Positions 30,199-39,937 of a stretch of DNA of 64,000 nt are shown here, in pieces. Origin of the DNA: an uncultured Acidobacteriaceae bacterium (GTDB taxonomy: Bacteria; Acidobacteriota; Terriglobia; Terriglobales; Acidobacteriaceae); the NCBI GenBank assembly GCA_963831085.1, contig CAWHOT010000002.1, positions 986,941-1,050,940 of the forward strand, read 5' to 3'. Under the pieces are notes generated by a model that saw nothing but the letters and a program-made list of their open reading frames with translations, was not told where the DNA came from and searched no databases. Both the position numbers and the translations under genes were made by a program. Position 1 is the stretch's first letter; each line of letters begins with the position of its first letter.

Positions 30199-32133
30199 TC
30201 ATGTTCCGACGATCTCGCGCACGGCGCGATAGCCCTGATCGATGGCGGTATTGGTGTAGGCATGACCGTCAGCGTCCGAGTTCGCGATCTTGATTCTCCC
30301 GAAGGGCTGCCGGCCAATCACACACGGACGTTCGGACGCCGGCCGGTCGAGAGGCTCGAACAATTCGTTGTACTCGTAGGCATATCCGTGAGGCCAGCGG
30401 TTGACCGTAATTGCCTGAATGTCGCGAGCGGGATCGAAACCGCCGGCTCCGAGTGCGCGGCCAAGTTGATCTCGTACCTGACGCTCGAAGGTTTCGAATT
30501 TCGTGTTGACGAGTTCCCACCGTCCTGCTCGGTACTGGTCCTTGCAATTCAGGCCCGGCTCGCATGGAGTGCGAAGAAGGTGAAGCAGGCAGGATTGTTC
30601 CGGCGAACTGGGGTAGTGATAGTCGCCCATCGAGACTGGGAAATCCAATGTAACGTTGCTGAAGTACGATCCCGGAGCGTAGATCGCGCTAATACCGAGT
30701 TTCTGAAACGCTTTCCAGTTGCTGATTTGCACATTCGTGTAGACAAGAGGAATTTTCACACAGTAAGCGAGAGCTTCCTTTTGTTTGTCTGACATCTCTG
30801 GACACAAATAGGGAATGACCATGTTGTAGCAGGCAAGTATGCAATTTGTGGCGCGGATCCGGTGGGCCTGTCCGCCGCGAACGTAGGTGACTTCGACCTC
30901 TTTCGAGGTCCTTGGATCTGGATCTCCGATGTGCCGCACTCTCACCGCGGTGCTGTTCAGGCGGATGCGGATCGGGGAAGAGGCATCGTCCAGGCGAGCA
31001 TAGTTTGCCCGGGCAGTGACGATGTCTTCCATGGTGTGGCCGGGAAGAGCACCGGGCACCAGGGATCGCACCAGCATTCTGGCAATGGAAGCGTTGCCGT
31101 CCGGAAAATGGAAGATGTAAGGCTCATCCTGCTCGGGATTTTCCTCATGGCTCTTGGGGAGACGCATTCCCTTGAAACCCGGAAATCCTTCCCGGGCGCA
31201 GTCATACGCCGAAACGGCATCAATTCCGACGGCATATATATCGTGGGTCGAACTCTGGAACACTTTGACCACATCGGGGTGGACCTTGGCGTATTGCAGC
31301 AAGAAATCTTTGTAGCTAGTCTGGATCAGCTTGGATCTTTTCTTCTCCGGTGTAAGCTCCGGTATGTAATCGACGCTGGCGTGCTGCAGACGGAAGAGAT
31401 CCTTGCGGGCGGCTTCTGCGATTGGCATCTGGGAGACATTCTCCAATGTAAAGTCGACGCCGAAATAGTGGAGGCCCTTCTGGGGCACCAGGCGATCTGT
31501 GCCAAATGTTTCTTTGTCGAAGAAGACGGCTTCTTGCAGATGCATCGAGCCAAACAATTTTTGGTCGTAGTATTTGAAGAAGCGCCGTACGTCGATTCCG
31601 AGTTCTTGTAAAAGCCCAATCGATTCCTTGCTGTAATTGCCCGGCGCCTCGATGGACTGGGTCCCACCGTATCCGAGCAGCAATCGTTTTCCTGCCTGGA
31701 ATTCATTGCGCGTGGCGTGCCCGCCGAAATCATCGTGGTTGTCGAGGATCAGAATCTTGGCTTGTCTCCCAACAAACTTGCGGTAGAAATAGACCGACGC
31801 CAGACCGCTGATGCCAGCGCCGACAACGACCAGATCGTACGACTCGCCCTCATCCACGGACTCAGCCCAGGCTTTGTCCCTGCCATCGCGCAAGTCATGC
31901 GCTACTTCCCAGGAACCATCGTGACTGCCGCGAAGGCCAGTCTTAGCAGGCGGGTAGTAAACGGGATCCTTTTCCGGAGCAAAAGCGGTTTGTGGCACGC
32001 CGAAGGCTTCCAGCCAGCTGGAATTTGCTGCAACCAGGGACGTTCCAACGGCGATGCTTATTCCATTCAGGAAATCGCGACGGGTGATCTCGTGCCCCAT
32101 ACCCAATTCACGATCTCGAGCTTTGTCCTTCAT
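30199..32133 (-). CDS. Tat-exported FAD-dependent oxidoreductase, spermidine-dehydrogenase (SpdH)-like
   Basis: Twin-arginine motif (TRRDFLNGISIAVGTSLVAA); YDLVVVGAGISGLA FAD fold; ~640 aa. The start is set at the ATG 6 nt after GGGGAGGG. Confidence 0.6.
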   Translation of the reverse strand: MKDKARDRELGMGHEITRRDFLNGISIAVGTSLVAANSSWLEAFGVPQTAFAPEKDPVYYPPAKTGLRGSHDGSWEVAHDLRDGRDKAWAESVDEGESYDLVVVGAGISGLASVYFYRKFVGRQAKILILDNHDDFGGHATRNEFQAGKRLLLGYGGTQSIEAPGNYSKESIGLLQELGIDVRRFFKYYDQKLFGSMHLQEAVFFDKETFGTDRLVPQKGLHYFGVDFTLENVSQMPIAEAARKDLFRLQHASVDYIPELTPEKKRSKLIQTSYKDFLLQYAKVHPDVVKVFQSSTHDIYAVGIDAVSAYDCAREGFPGFKGMRLPKSHEENPEQDEPYIFHFPDGNASIARMLVRSLVPGALPGHTMEDIVTARANYARLDDASSPIRIRLNSTAVRVRHIGDPDPRTSKEVEVTYVRGGQAHRIRATNCILACYNMVIPYLCPEMSDKQKEALAYCVKIPLVYTNVQISNWKAFQKLGISAIYAPGSYFSNVTLDFPVSMGDYHYPSSPEQSCLLHLLRTPCEPGLNCKDQYRAGRWELVNTKFETFERQVRDQLGRALGAGGFDPARDIQAITVNRWPHGYAYEYNELFEPLDRPASERPCVIGRQPFGRIKIANSDADGHAYTNTAIDQGYRAVREIVGT

Positions 32134-32328
32134 TCGCATCCCTCCCCAAGAATTCAGCGCCAAACGATTAGCACGCTCACTTTCCGCCAGCCATTGTGCG
32201 CTCACTGGGTAATGGATGTCGATGTAAGGGCTGGCGGGCACCAGAACCTAGCAAGTCCGTGCAGGGGGAATCGTGTTTCAGACTCCCTCCGCCTGCGAAA
32301 TCGGCCGCGGTCTCATCTTCAAAGTTTC

Positions 32329-33777
32329 TCAGTCTCCGGGAAGGGCGGAAGCCGCGCCTGCCCTGTCTGCCTCGCGCTCGACGATTGACTGATACTTCCG
32401 CAGCACGTCTTCGGGAAGAGATGGCTTCTGATACCTGCTCACCAGCTCGTCGACACGGGCGCGGGCCCGGCTGAAGGCGTCGCTCGGCGGCTTCGAGCCG
32501 CGTGCGCTCCGATCGATGACGGGAGAAGGAAGATGCTGCTCCTGCCGAAAAAGCGCGCGCGTTTCCTTCAGCTTGAGAAATTCTCCAGAAAGCCCGGCTT
32601 GCGCGAACATGGCGGTAGCCAAGGTCTCTCCACGCATTTCAACGCCTCGCACCAAACGATACGCCGAGGCAATTGACTCCGCATCAATCACCAGCTTTTC
32701 GACGCTGAAACAGGCAAGTGATTCGAGCATACCTGCTCCCGAGATCATGTTGATGCCCGCCAACGCTCCCAGCATCGCCGAGCGGGCGCTCTCCGCGCCG
32801 GCCTGGGCATCCACAAGCTTCGAGTCGGTTGCGACCAGATAACCGTGGGTCGGCAGACCCAGGTGCTTGCCGACTTCCGCGCACGCCATGTTCAGCATGG
32901 CAGTTTCTATCGCGCCCATGGGCGCGCCTCCGGTACGCATGTCGAAGATGGCTGGAGCGCCGCCCCAGACTACGGGTGAACCTGGTCCCGCGAGTTGATG
33001 CAACGTGATGCCGGCGAGCACTTCGGCAGCGTGCTGCGTCACGGAGCCTGCCAGTGTCACGGGAGCGGTGCCACCGGCCAGTGGCATAGAGACGATTTCC
33101 GCGGGCACGCCGGCGCGGGCCAGGTCGACCAGATTGTGCGATCCGAACTCCGACCAGTTCAACGGTGGAGAGGGACACACATCAAAAACCGCCCGCGGTT
33201 TCTTGCGCAAATTCTCTCGACTGCCGCTGTCGGCGGCGAGCAAGTCGATCATGCCTCGCAATCCGGCGGCGGAGAACGATCCAGTCACTACGGTCTTATC
33301 AGAATGCTGTAGGACTACGAGCAGGCGGTAGAGATCGCCGATCGCGCTGGGCGCATTACTATCGCTGCACACAACGGCGGTCGATTGCGCGGCGAACTGC
33401 GGCAACGTGTCCGTGACTTGAACGATGCGCACCAGGTCGCGAGTCTCGGATGGCCGCGCTTCCAGCGTGTCGGGATCGAGCATCTGCACACAGCAGGAGC
33501 CGGGATCGAAATGCACATCGTCGCCGCCGTAATGTACGGCCTTCTCTCCCTGGCGGTTGTAGAGGTAGAAATCCCGTGGGGCGGACGCCAGGCATTGTCG
33601 TACCAGCGGCTCGGGGATACGCGCCACCCCGTCATTGACCTCCACCCCCGCCGACCGCAATAGCTCGACCACCGGCGCCGAGCCCACGCGAACTCCAGGG
33701 CTCATGAGCAGTTCGAACGCTTCGCATAGAATGCGCCCGATGAGCTCAGGAGTGAGCAGTTGAAGTCTGGGTCTCAT
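32329..33777 (-). CDS. MttB-superfamily methyltransferase without pyrrolysine (quaternary-amine:corrinoid methyltransferase-like)
   Basis: 482 aa with an uninterrupted ORF (no in-frame TAG). Family-typical length and TIM-barrel-like sequence. Its start overlaps the stop of the corrinoid protein gene (4-nt overlap). Confidence 0.8.
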   Translation of the reverse strand: MRPRLQLLTPELIGRILCEAFELLMSPGVRVGSAPVVELLRSAGVEVNDGVARIPEPLVRQCLASAPRDFYLYNRQGEKAVHYGGDDVHFDPGSCCVQMLDPDTLEARPSETRDLVRIVQVTDTLPQFAAQSTAVVCSDSNAPSAIGDLYRLLVVLQHSDKTVVTGSFSAAGLRGMIDLLAADSGSRENLRKKPRAVFDVCPSPPLNWSEFGSHNLVDLARAGVPAEIVSMPLAGGTAPVTLAGSVTQHAAEVLAGITLHQLAGPGSPVVWGGAPAIFDMRTGGAPMGAIETAMLNMACAEVGKHLGLPTHGYLVATDSKLVDAQAGAESARSAMLGALAGINMISGAGMLESLACFSVEKLVIDAESIASAYRLVRGVEMRGETLATAMFAQAGLSGEFLKLKETRALFRQEQHLPSPVIDRSARGSKPPSDAFSRARARVDELVSRYQKPSLPEDVLRKYQSIVEREADRAGAASALPGD

Positions 33778-34550
33778 GCCTGGGCCGTTTCATTGTTCGT
33801 CACTTTGTTCGTCATTTTCCTCATGAGATTCTTGGCCAGTTCGAGGGCATCGATGGCATTACGGGAGTAGCCATCGGCGCCGATTTCAGCCGCCCACTTC
33901 TGGGTCACCGCGGCGCCGCCAATGATCGCTTTGACTCGCGGCCGCAAACCGTTTCGATCGAGCGCTTCGATCACGGCTTTCTGCCCGGCCATGGTCGTTG
34001 TCAGCAACGCAGAAATGCCGACGATATCGGCATCGACTTCTTTGGCCTTGGCAACGAACTGCTCGGGAGTCACACTCGTGCCCAGATCAAAGATCTGGAA
34101 TCCGCTGGCGGAAAGGATTGTGGCGACGAGATTCTTGCCGATGTCGTGAATATCGCCTCGGGCAGTGCCGAGAATGATCTTGCCCAGAGCCTCACGCTGC
34201 GAGCCGCGCCTCAGCATCTCCGGTTCAAGAATGTTGATAGCGGCTTTCATGGCTTCGGCCGACGCGAGCAGATCGGGCAGAAACATTTCGCCGCAGCCGA
34301 ATTGATCGCCGGCGAACGTGATCCCCTCGGCGAATCCTTGATTCACCGCCTCGAGCGGATCGACGCCGTTGGCCAACGCTTGCTGTGCCAATTCCGTGGC
34401 GGTATCAGACGCGCCGTCAATGATGCTTTGACGCATCGCTTGGAAGAGTTGACGCGACAAAAAGCCTCCCGCACAGAGCCTTGGAATCAGGCTGTCCAGG
34501 CCGGGATTGTACTCCGGCCCGGAGTCAAAAAACTGTGACACGTCGCACAT
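33774..34550 (-). CDS. Cobalamin-binding corrinoid protein (MtbC/MttC-like)
   Basis: DxHxxG base-off/His-on motif (GDIHDIGKNLV), a B12-binding Rossmann part (ADIVGISALLTTT) and an N-terminal helical cap. The start is uncertain: 34550 is listed, but the ATG at 34436 would give a more typical ~220 aa. Confidence 0.8.
   Translation of the reverse strand: MCDVSQFFDSGPEYNPGLDSLIPRLCAGGFLSRQLFQAMRQSIIDGASDTATELAQQALANGVDPLEAVNQGFAEGITFAGDQFGCGEMFLPDLLASAEAMKAAINILEPEMLRRGSQREALGKIILGTARGDIHDIGKNLVATILSASGFQIFDLGTSVTPEQFVAKAKEVDADIVGISALLTTTMAGQKAVIEALDRNGLRPRVKAIIGGAAVTQKWAAEIGADGYSRNAIDALELAKNLMRKMTNKVTNNETAQA
34534..34549. promoter_or_regulatory. Near-consensus Crp-type palindrome TGTGA-N6-GCACA
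   Basis: TGTGACACGTCGCACA has one mismatch to TGTGA-N6-TCACA. It is upstream of the corrinoid/MttB genes only if the shorter start (34436) is the real one. Confidence 0.3.
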
Positions 34551-34752
34551 CCCCGATTGTTAACGATGAATTCTCGAAGAAGTATCTCGAAAAGTACCCG
34601 AGTTCTCCCTAGTTCGGCGCTCCGCGTCCTATAGAATAGGCGCTCCGTGAGCACCTGTGGACGACCAAGAAAAATAAGATGACGATGACGACGACGAAAA
34701 CGACGAGGGCTACTCGGAGTGGGCGTGCCCTTGCTTATTCAGTGGGTGAAGG

Positions 34753-35109
34753 ATGAAGCGTGAACATTTCGTCAAGGTAGTCGAGGAGGCGCTCGACTCG
34801 CTCCCACAAGAATTTCGCGGCCGCATTCGTAATGTTGCTATCTTGGTAGAGGATATGCCGCCGAACCAGCCATCACCGCAGTCGGGGCAGCAGAGGCGGC
34901 TGCTTCTGGGTGTCTTCCATGGCGTGCCCACGACCAAGAGGAGCATATTTGACCTACCGACAGGGCCGGATCACATCGTGCTTTATCAGAAGAATATTGA
35001 GGCGGTCTGCTCCAGCGAGGCCGAAGTCCGCGAACAAATCCGCCTGACGGTCATCCATGAACTGGGCCACTATTTCGGTCTGAATGAGGACCAACTGAAG
35101 GATGTCTAG
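34753..35109 (+). CDS. Small zinc metallopeptidase-like protein (DUF1025/zincin-like)
   Basis: 118 aa with an HELGHYFG (HExxH) motif near the C-terminus. Confidence 0.7.
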   Translation: MKREHFVKVVEEALDSLPQEFRGRIRNVAILVEDMPPNQPSPQSGQQRRLLLGVFHGVPTTKRSIFDLPTGPDHIVLYQKNIEAVCSSEAEVREQIRLTVIHELGHYFGLNEDQLKDV

Positions 35110-35284
35110 AAGGCGGTGTGGACTGCGCTCAGGCATCGGGTGAATCGATTTGCGTTTGCACACCTGGGTGCGATGAGAAGGTACTATCGGTCGCGATCCT
35201 TACTAACCCGAGTTCAGTGAAAACCTAAGTCAAACCAGACTTCTGTAGGCTTATGATGTTGGCTCCAAAGCAAGGAGAGTGCAA

Positions 35285-35758
35285 ATGGCAGACCGGAGCG
35301 CGGGACGTAAGGCAGCGCCTACTCGGAAGGTGAAAAGGGAGAAGAGTGCATCTACGCCATCGACTCCACAAGCGGGAACACGGCGGAAGGTTGGTGATCT
35401 CAGGGTTCGGCCGCAATTGGAAAAGGGCATATTGGAGCTTCAGGGGCTACACAAGTTGTTGCTTTCCAGCGATGTGGACCCTGACGTTCTGGCGGATTTC
35501 CGGGACGCCTTAAATCGAGTCAGGAATACCGCATGGGCCGCCCAGCAGTATGTCGTCCGCAAGGAGAGCGATCAGGACTCGACCAGTGTGCTCTCGCTCC
35601 TAGCCGGAGAACGTATACGTGCCGCCTACCAGCTTTGCCAGGCGCTGGCCGATGATTTGAAAGCCAACATTGAATTTCAACGAGGCAGTCTTGTTCAACT
35701 CTACGCGGCCGCGAAGACTTTGACAGAGCAACTAAAACGCGTCATCGACAAGCTATGA
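35285..35758 (+). CDS. Hypothetical protein with a basic N-terminus and helical C-terminus
   Basis: AAGGAGAG RBS 7 nt before the ATG at 35285. No motif recognised. Confidence 0.5.
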   Translation: MADRSAGRKAAPTRKVKREKSASTPSTPQAGTRRKVGDLRVRPQLEKGILELQGLHKLLLSSDVDPDVLADFRDALNRVRNTAWAAQQYVVRKESDQDSTSVLSLLAGERIRAAYQLCQALADDLKANIEFQRGSLVQLYAAAKTLTEQLKRVIDKL

Positions 35759-35781
35759 TGGGCCTTTAATCACTCCTAATT

Positions 35782-38090
35782 TTACTGCCCCTGTCCCAGC
35801 GCCTTCTCCAGATCATCCGCGGCTTTGCCGATTGCGGCCGCGACGTTCTCCAGCACCTGACCCACCATGGGAACCTGGGCATCGGCTTCCGTCCATTTTT
35901 CCTGATCCATGTACTCCCGAACAGCCGCAATCGGCTTGGCCCCGTACCCGGTGTATGCACCGGGAGCGTATACCTGATGCTTGAACCACGGGCGCGCCGG
36001 CAAGCCCTTTTCGGTTAGAAACGTTCGCTGAATCTGCATTAGCTCCACGTTCAGAGCTGTGGCAGTCTGCGCCGGTAAATCGGTTCCACCGGCCTGCCAC
36101 TTGGTAAATGCTGCCTGATAGCGTTCCGCACTCTTCTTGATCGCCTCAACCCCATTCTTCAGCGGAGCAAAGTTCATGAACGGTGGAACCAGCTTGGTCG
36201 GAGGGGGAACAGAGGTTTTGCGCGGGTCGGCTGTAGCCGAGAATACGCCCTCTTTCAATTCCAGATTGCGCTCGGTGATCTCCTCCTGCTTGTCTTTGAG
36301 CAGTTTCTCCAAGTCTTTCACGTAACGTTCGATCGTCTCCGCTGCTGCGTTGTACTCGTAGGGAATCACGTCAGCATCTGCCAATCGCATGACTGCGGTT
36401 CCCCCAGTCTGTGCCAGAGCGCGCCCGTACGAAAAATCAGTGTCTACAAACTTGGTGTACCAGTAGAAATCGTCGTAGATGGAATGATAGGCGTTGGCAT
36501 CGTTCTCACCGCCGTAACCGATGTTGAGCGTGGAGATGCCGGCATGGTCTATGAATGGTGCGTAGTCCGAACCGTCTCCCAGCGCGTTGATCCGCACATC
36601 TTTGTTTTTTCTGATCTCGGCCCGCTCTTCAGCATTGGGTGCCCTGGCAATTCGCTGCAGATGCGCTCGTTGCTGGACGGAGATTTGTTTCTCTGGATCT
36701 TGAATGTCCCGAGCTACATCGTTAATGAGGTGTTGCAAGTCGTGCGAACCACCGGCGAAGAGGAAGCCCCGGCCATTGCTATCGGAATTGATGTAGGCGA
36801 CGGCGTGCTTCTGAAGTTCGCCGCGATGGGTTTCGACCCACTCGGTTGAGCCCAGCAGCCCAGGCTCTTCGCCGTCCCACGCGCAGAGGATGATCGTGCG
36901 CTTCGGATTCCATCCTTTTTTGCGCAGCTCGCCGAGCACGCGAGCTTCTTCCAGAACCGCCACCATTCCGGAGATGGGGTCATCGGCGCCATTGACCCAG
37001 GCGTCATAATGATTTCCGCGGATCACCCATTCATCGGGTTCGCCTGATCCACGCAGGGTGGCGATCACGTCGTTGACCGGCTTCAAGTCCCAGTTGGAAG
37101 CCACTTTCAGATGAACTTTCGCGGGGCCGGGACCCACGTGATAGGTGATCGGCAAGGCGCCCCGCCATGCCTCGGGCGCGACTGGCCCCTGCAAGGCGGA
37201 AAGCAGTGGGAGCGCATCGCCCCATGAAATCGGCAGCACGGGAATCTTGGTGATGGTTTTCGCGTCTTTGATATCTAGCCGCTTGGCGTCGGCAGTAGCG
37301 CCGACTCCGGGCGTCAGAGGATCGCCGGGATAGTCCGTGTCCATGACGCTGCCGCGTTGCACGCCTTCGCGCGACCGCCACCCACCCTTGGGATAGTCGT
37401 CGCCGTTGAAGAAGCCATCGTCCCTGGGATCGGAATAAATAATGCAACCGATCGCCTCATGCTCGGCCGCAACCTTCGGCTTGATGCCGCGCCAGCCTTC
37501 ACCGTAGCGCGCGATTACGATTGCACCCTTGACGGAAATCCCCAGGCGGTCGAGCTGCTCGTAATCTTCGCGGTTGCCGTAGTTCACATAGACCAGCGGG
37601 GCGGTCACGTCTCCGTCGATGGAATACGCGTTATAGGTCGGCAACTGCTCCGCTGTTTGATTCGAGGTCGGATCGCCGGGGACCGCAGGTTCCTGCAGAT
37701 TGGCTCGGAACCTGGTCGGCTCGATCATTTCAACGATGCGCTCTTTGGGCGTCGGGAAAAGCACCTGGAAGGTTTCGATGCGGGCGTCAAATCCCCATTC
37801 TTTGAACTTGGAGAGGATCCAGTCGGCATTTTCCTTATCGTAGGGAGAACCCACATGGTGCGGACGCGCACTCAACGCTGCATGTTCTGACGCAGGTTCT
37901 CCGGGACGATACCGTCCTGAAGTTTCTTCTCCCAACCGCGCTCGGCCGTGGAGGATTGCGACGAGTAGCCGGATAGACGAGAAGTATCGGCAGGCGGGGT
38001 TTGAGCCGATTGCGCAAAAGTGAGATGAGCTTCGCTGATCATGATCATGGCGACCAATGCGACACATGCGACAGAACATAGTGAAGTCAA
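35782..38090 (-). pseudogene. M28-family peptidase, glutamate carboxypeptidase II/PSMA-like, interrupted by a 1-nt frameshift near 37872..37877
   Basis: Signal peptide and ..ENLRQNMQR are in the frame of ORF 37872..38090 (TTG start with a GGAGG RBS). The rest (LSARPHHVGSPYDKEN...) is in the frame of ORF 35782..38079. The junction reads CAGCGTTGAGT, where CAGCGTTTGAGT would give the continuous family motif. Confidence 0.8.
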
Positions 38091-38268
38091 GAAAACCTCC
38101 TCAGGTGGTCATTTTCTCAGCTGGATTGATCACGGCGATTTGAAGGACGAAGTATCAGCAAAGTTCGGCAGTTTCTGAACCAACAGACATTTTAGACATT
38201 ACCCAAAGTTCCGCCAGCTCGTAGTAAGGCAAAGTCTTTGGCCCTTGTTCAACCGCATGATGAACAAG

Positions 38269-38946
38269 CTATTGCAGCGGCTTAGCCGGCGTCCCCGGTT
38301 TGACGCCCGAATGCTTTTTCGCCTGGGCCATCAACTCCAGAACTTTGTCTTTGCCTTCGTAGTTCGGATTCGTGTCCAACAACTTCTGCCACGTGGCAAC
38401 AGCTTTGTCGATATCCATCTTGCCCTGCCACTCGACGATCCCCAGATTGAACAACGTGTTGGCCTTGTTCGGCTCGTAGGAAAGCGATTTCTGGAATTCG
38501 GCGATGGCAGTATCGGCGTTGCCGGCGTACCAATAGGCAGTCGCCATGTCGGTACGGACACTCGTGTTGGCCGGTTCGACCTTCAGCGCGCGCTGGTAAT
38601 AGTCGATTGCTGTCGGGAACTGCTGGGCATCGTAATAGACGTTCCCGATGTTTTCCAGGAGGCCGGCGTTGGTCGGATCGGCCTTCAGCTTCTCGATCAA
38701 TGGTCCGGCTTGCGTGTCGGCCATTTTCTGCATCTCAGCCGGGGTCGGAGCCTGGGCAGCGGCATTTGGATTCCCCATGCCCGGGGCGGATGAGCTCGCT
38801 ATCTCAGTCGCAGCGGCCGCAGGACTCTGGGATCCGCGAATGAACCAGCCGCCGGCGATTCCCACCAGCAGGCAGATGACCGCCAACACGTAAGCCTGCA
38901 CGCTTGTCCATTGCTCGATAGTCGTTGCTCGATTTGTATCTGTCAT
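38269..38946 (-). CDS. Membrane-anchored TPR-repeat protein (paralog 1)
   Basis: N-terminal TM followed by TPR-like repeats (A..YY..A...P.N). Clearly similar to the neighbouring gene 39033..39701. Confidence 0.75.
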   Translation of the reverse strand: MTDTNRATTIEQWTSVQAYVLAVICLLVGIAGGWFIRGSQSPAAAATEIASSSAPGMGNPNAAAQAPTPAEMQKMADTQAGPLIEKLKADPTNAGLLENIGNVYYDAQQFPTAIDYYQRALKVEPANTSVRTDMATAYWYAGNADTAIAEFQKSLSYEPNKANTLFNLGIVEWQGKMDIDKAVATWQKLLDTNPNYEGKDKVLELMAQAKKHSGVKPGTPAKPLQ

Positions 38947-39032
38947 TTCTCAGTACTCCTTCAAATCTCGATCTGTTTGCTGGGACGGACGAGGCGCCCG
39001 TCGCTCCACGTATTCATCACGCGGTCACAATG

Positions 39033-39701
39033 CTAGCTCTTGCCCTGCATCTGGACGTCGGCCATCAATTTCTGCACCGTGGCTTTCCGGTCTGGGCTCA
39101 ATTCCGGATTCGACTTCAGCAGTTGCTGCCAAGCTGCCAGCGCTCCTTTGTTGTCCTGTTTTCCTTTCCACTTGATCATGCCGAGGTTGAACAGCGAGTT
39201 GGCGTCCTTGGGGTTATATTGCAGCGCCTGCTGCAGCTGGCTGATCGCTCCGTCCACATCGCCGTTGTAGTACAGGCACGAAGCCATCTGGGTGCGAATG
39301 GCAACGTTTTTGGGATCGACCTGCAATGCCTTGTCGTAGTAGCCGGCCGCCTCCTTGAACTGGTGGGTAGCCTGGTAGAGGTTTCCGACTTGGATGAGCA
39401 AATCGCTGTTGTTCGGATCGCCCTTCAGCTTTTCGAGCAGCGGCGCTGCCTTCGTGTCGGCCATCTGTTTCATCTGCTCGAGGCTGGGCATCTGCCCGCC
39501 CATATGACCGGCAGGAGCGGCGGGCTGGGCATTGGCCTGGGAACTGGCCGCGGGCGGCGTCGGCACCGCGGGCGATTGCGATCCGCGGAACAGGTATCCG
39601 ATCGCCAGCCCAACCACGAGGCTAATTAGCGCCATCGCGTAAACCTGCTTCGCTTGCCAGGTTGATCCCGCAGTTGGTTGCGTGGTGGGTTCAGTTTCCA
39701 T
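39033..39701 (-). CDS. Membrane-anchored TPR-repeat protein (paralog 2)
   Basis: Same architecture and motifs as 38269..38946 (LLEKLK.DP.N..LL...GN.Y...Q...A..YY..AL...P.N). Confidence 0.75.
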   Translation of the reverse strand: METEPTTQPTAGSTWQAKQVYAMALISLVVGLAIGYLFRGSQSPAVPTPPAASSQANAQPAAPAGHMGGQMPSLEQMKQMADTKAAPLLEKLKGDPNNSDLLIQVGNLYQATHQFKEAAGYYDKALQVDPKNVAIRTQMASCLYYNGDVDGAISQLQQALQYNPKDANSLFNLGMIKWKGKQDNKGALAAWQQLLKSNPELSPDRKATVQKLMADVQMQGKS

Positions 39702-39870
39702 GCCCTATTCTCTCCTAACTCTTAAGTGCGCTCGAGGCCCGCCTTCGCTGGGCAACAAGACTGTATGAACGATTTCCCCGCAGCATGAAAAAGGGTTTTG
39801 GCCCTTTGACTTTGCCAATTTACCTTAAAGGCGGAGAAAAAGACGGGCAGCATTCCGCGTCACTCGGGAA

Positions 39871-39886
39871 TGTGATGGCGATCACA
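39871..39886. promoter_or_regulatory. Perfect Crp-type palindrome TGTGA-N6-TCACA
   Basis: TGTGATGGCGATCACA read directly. It is intergenic, 170 nt upstream of the TPR gene start (39701, minus strand). Confidence 0.55.
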
Positions 39887-39937
39887 CGGAGAAGGGGTGG
39901 CGCAAACTGTGGCCAGTGGGGTTCGGGAATCCGCAGT

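Noticed and set aside
34681-34752. An Asp-rich reading frame (DDDDDDENDEG...) over the GAC/GAT-rich stretch.
   Set aside because: A stop codon lies immediately upstream and there is no start codon in that frame.
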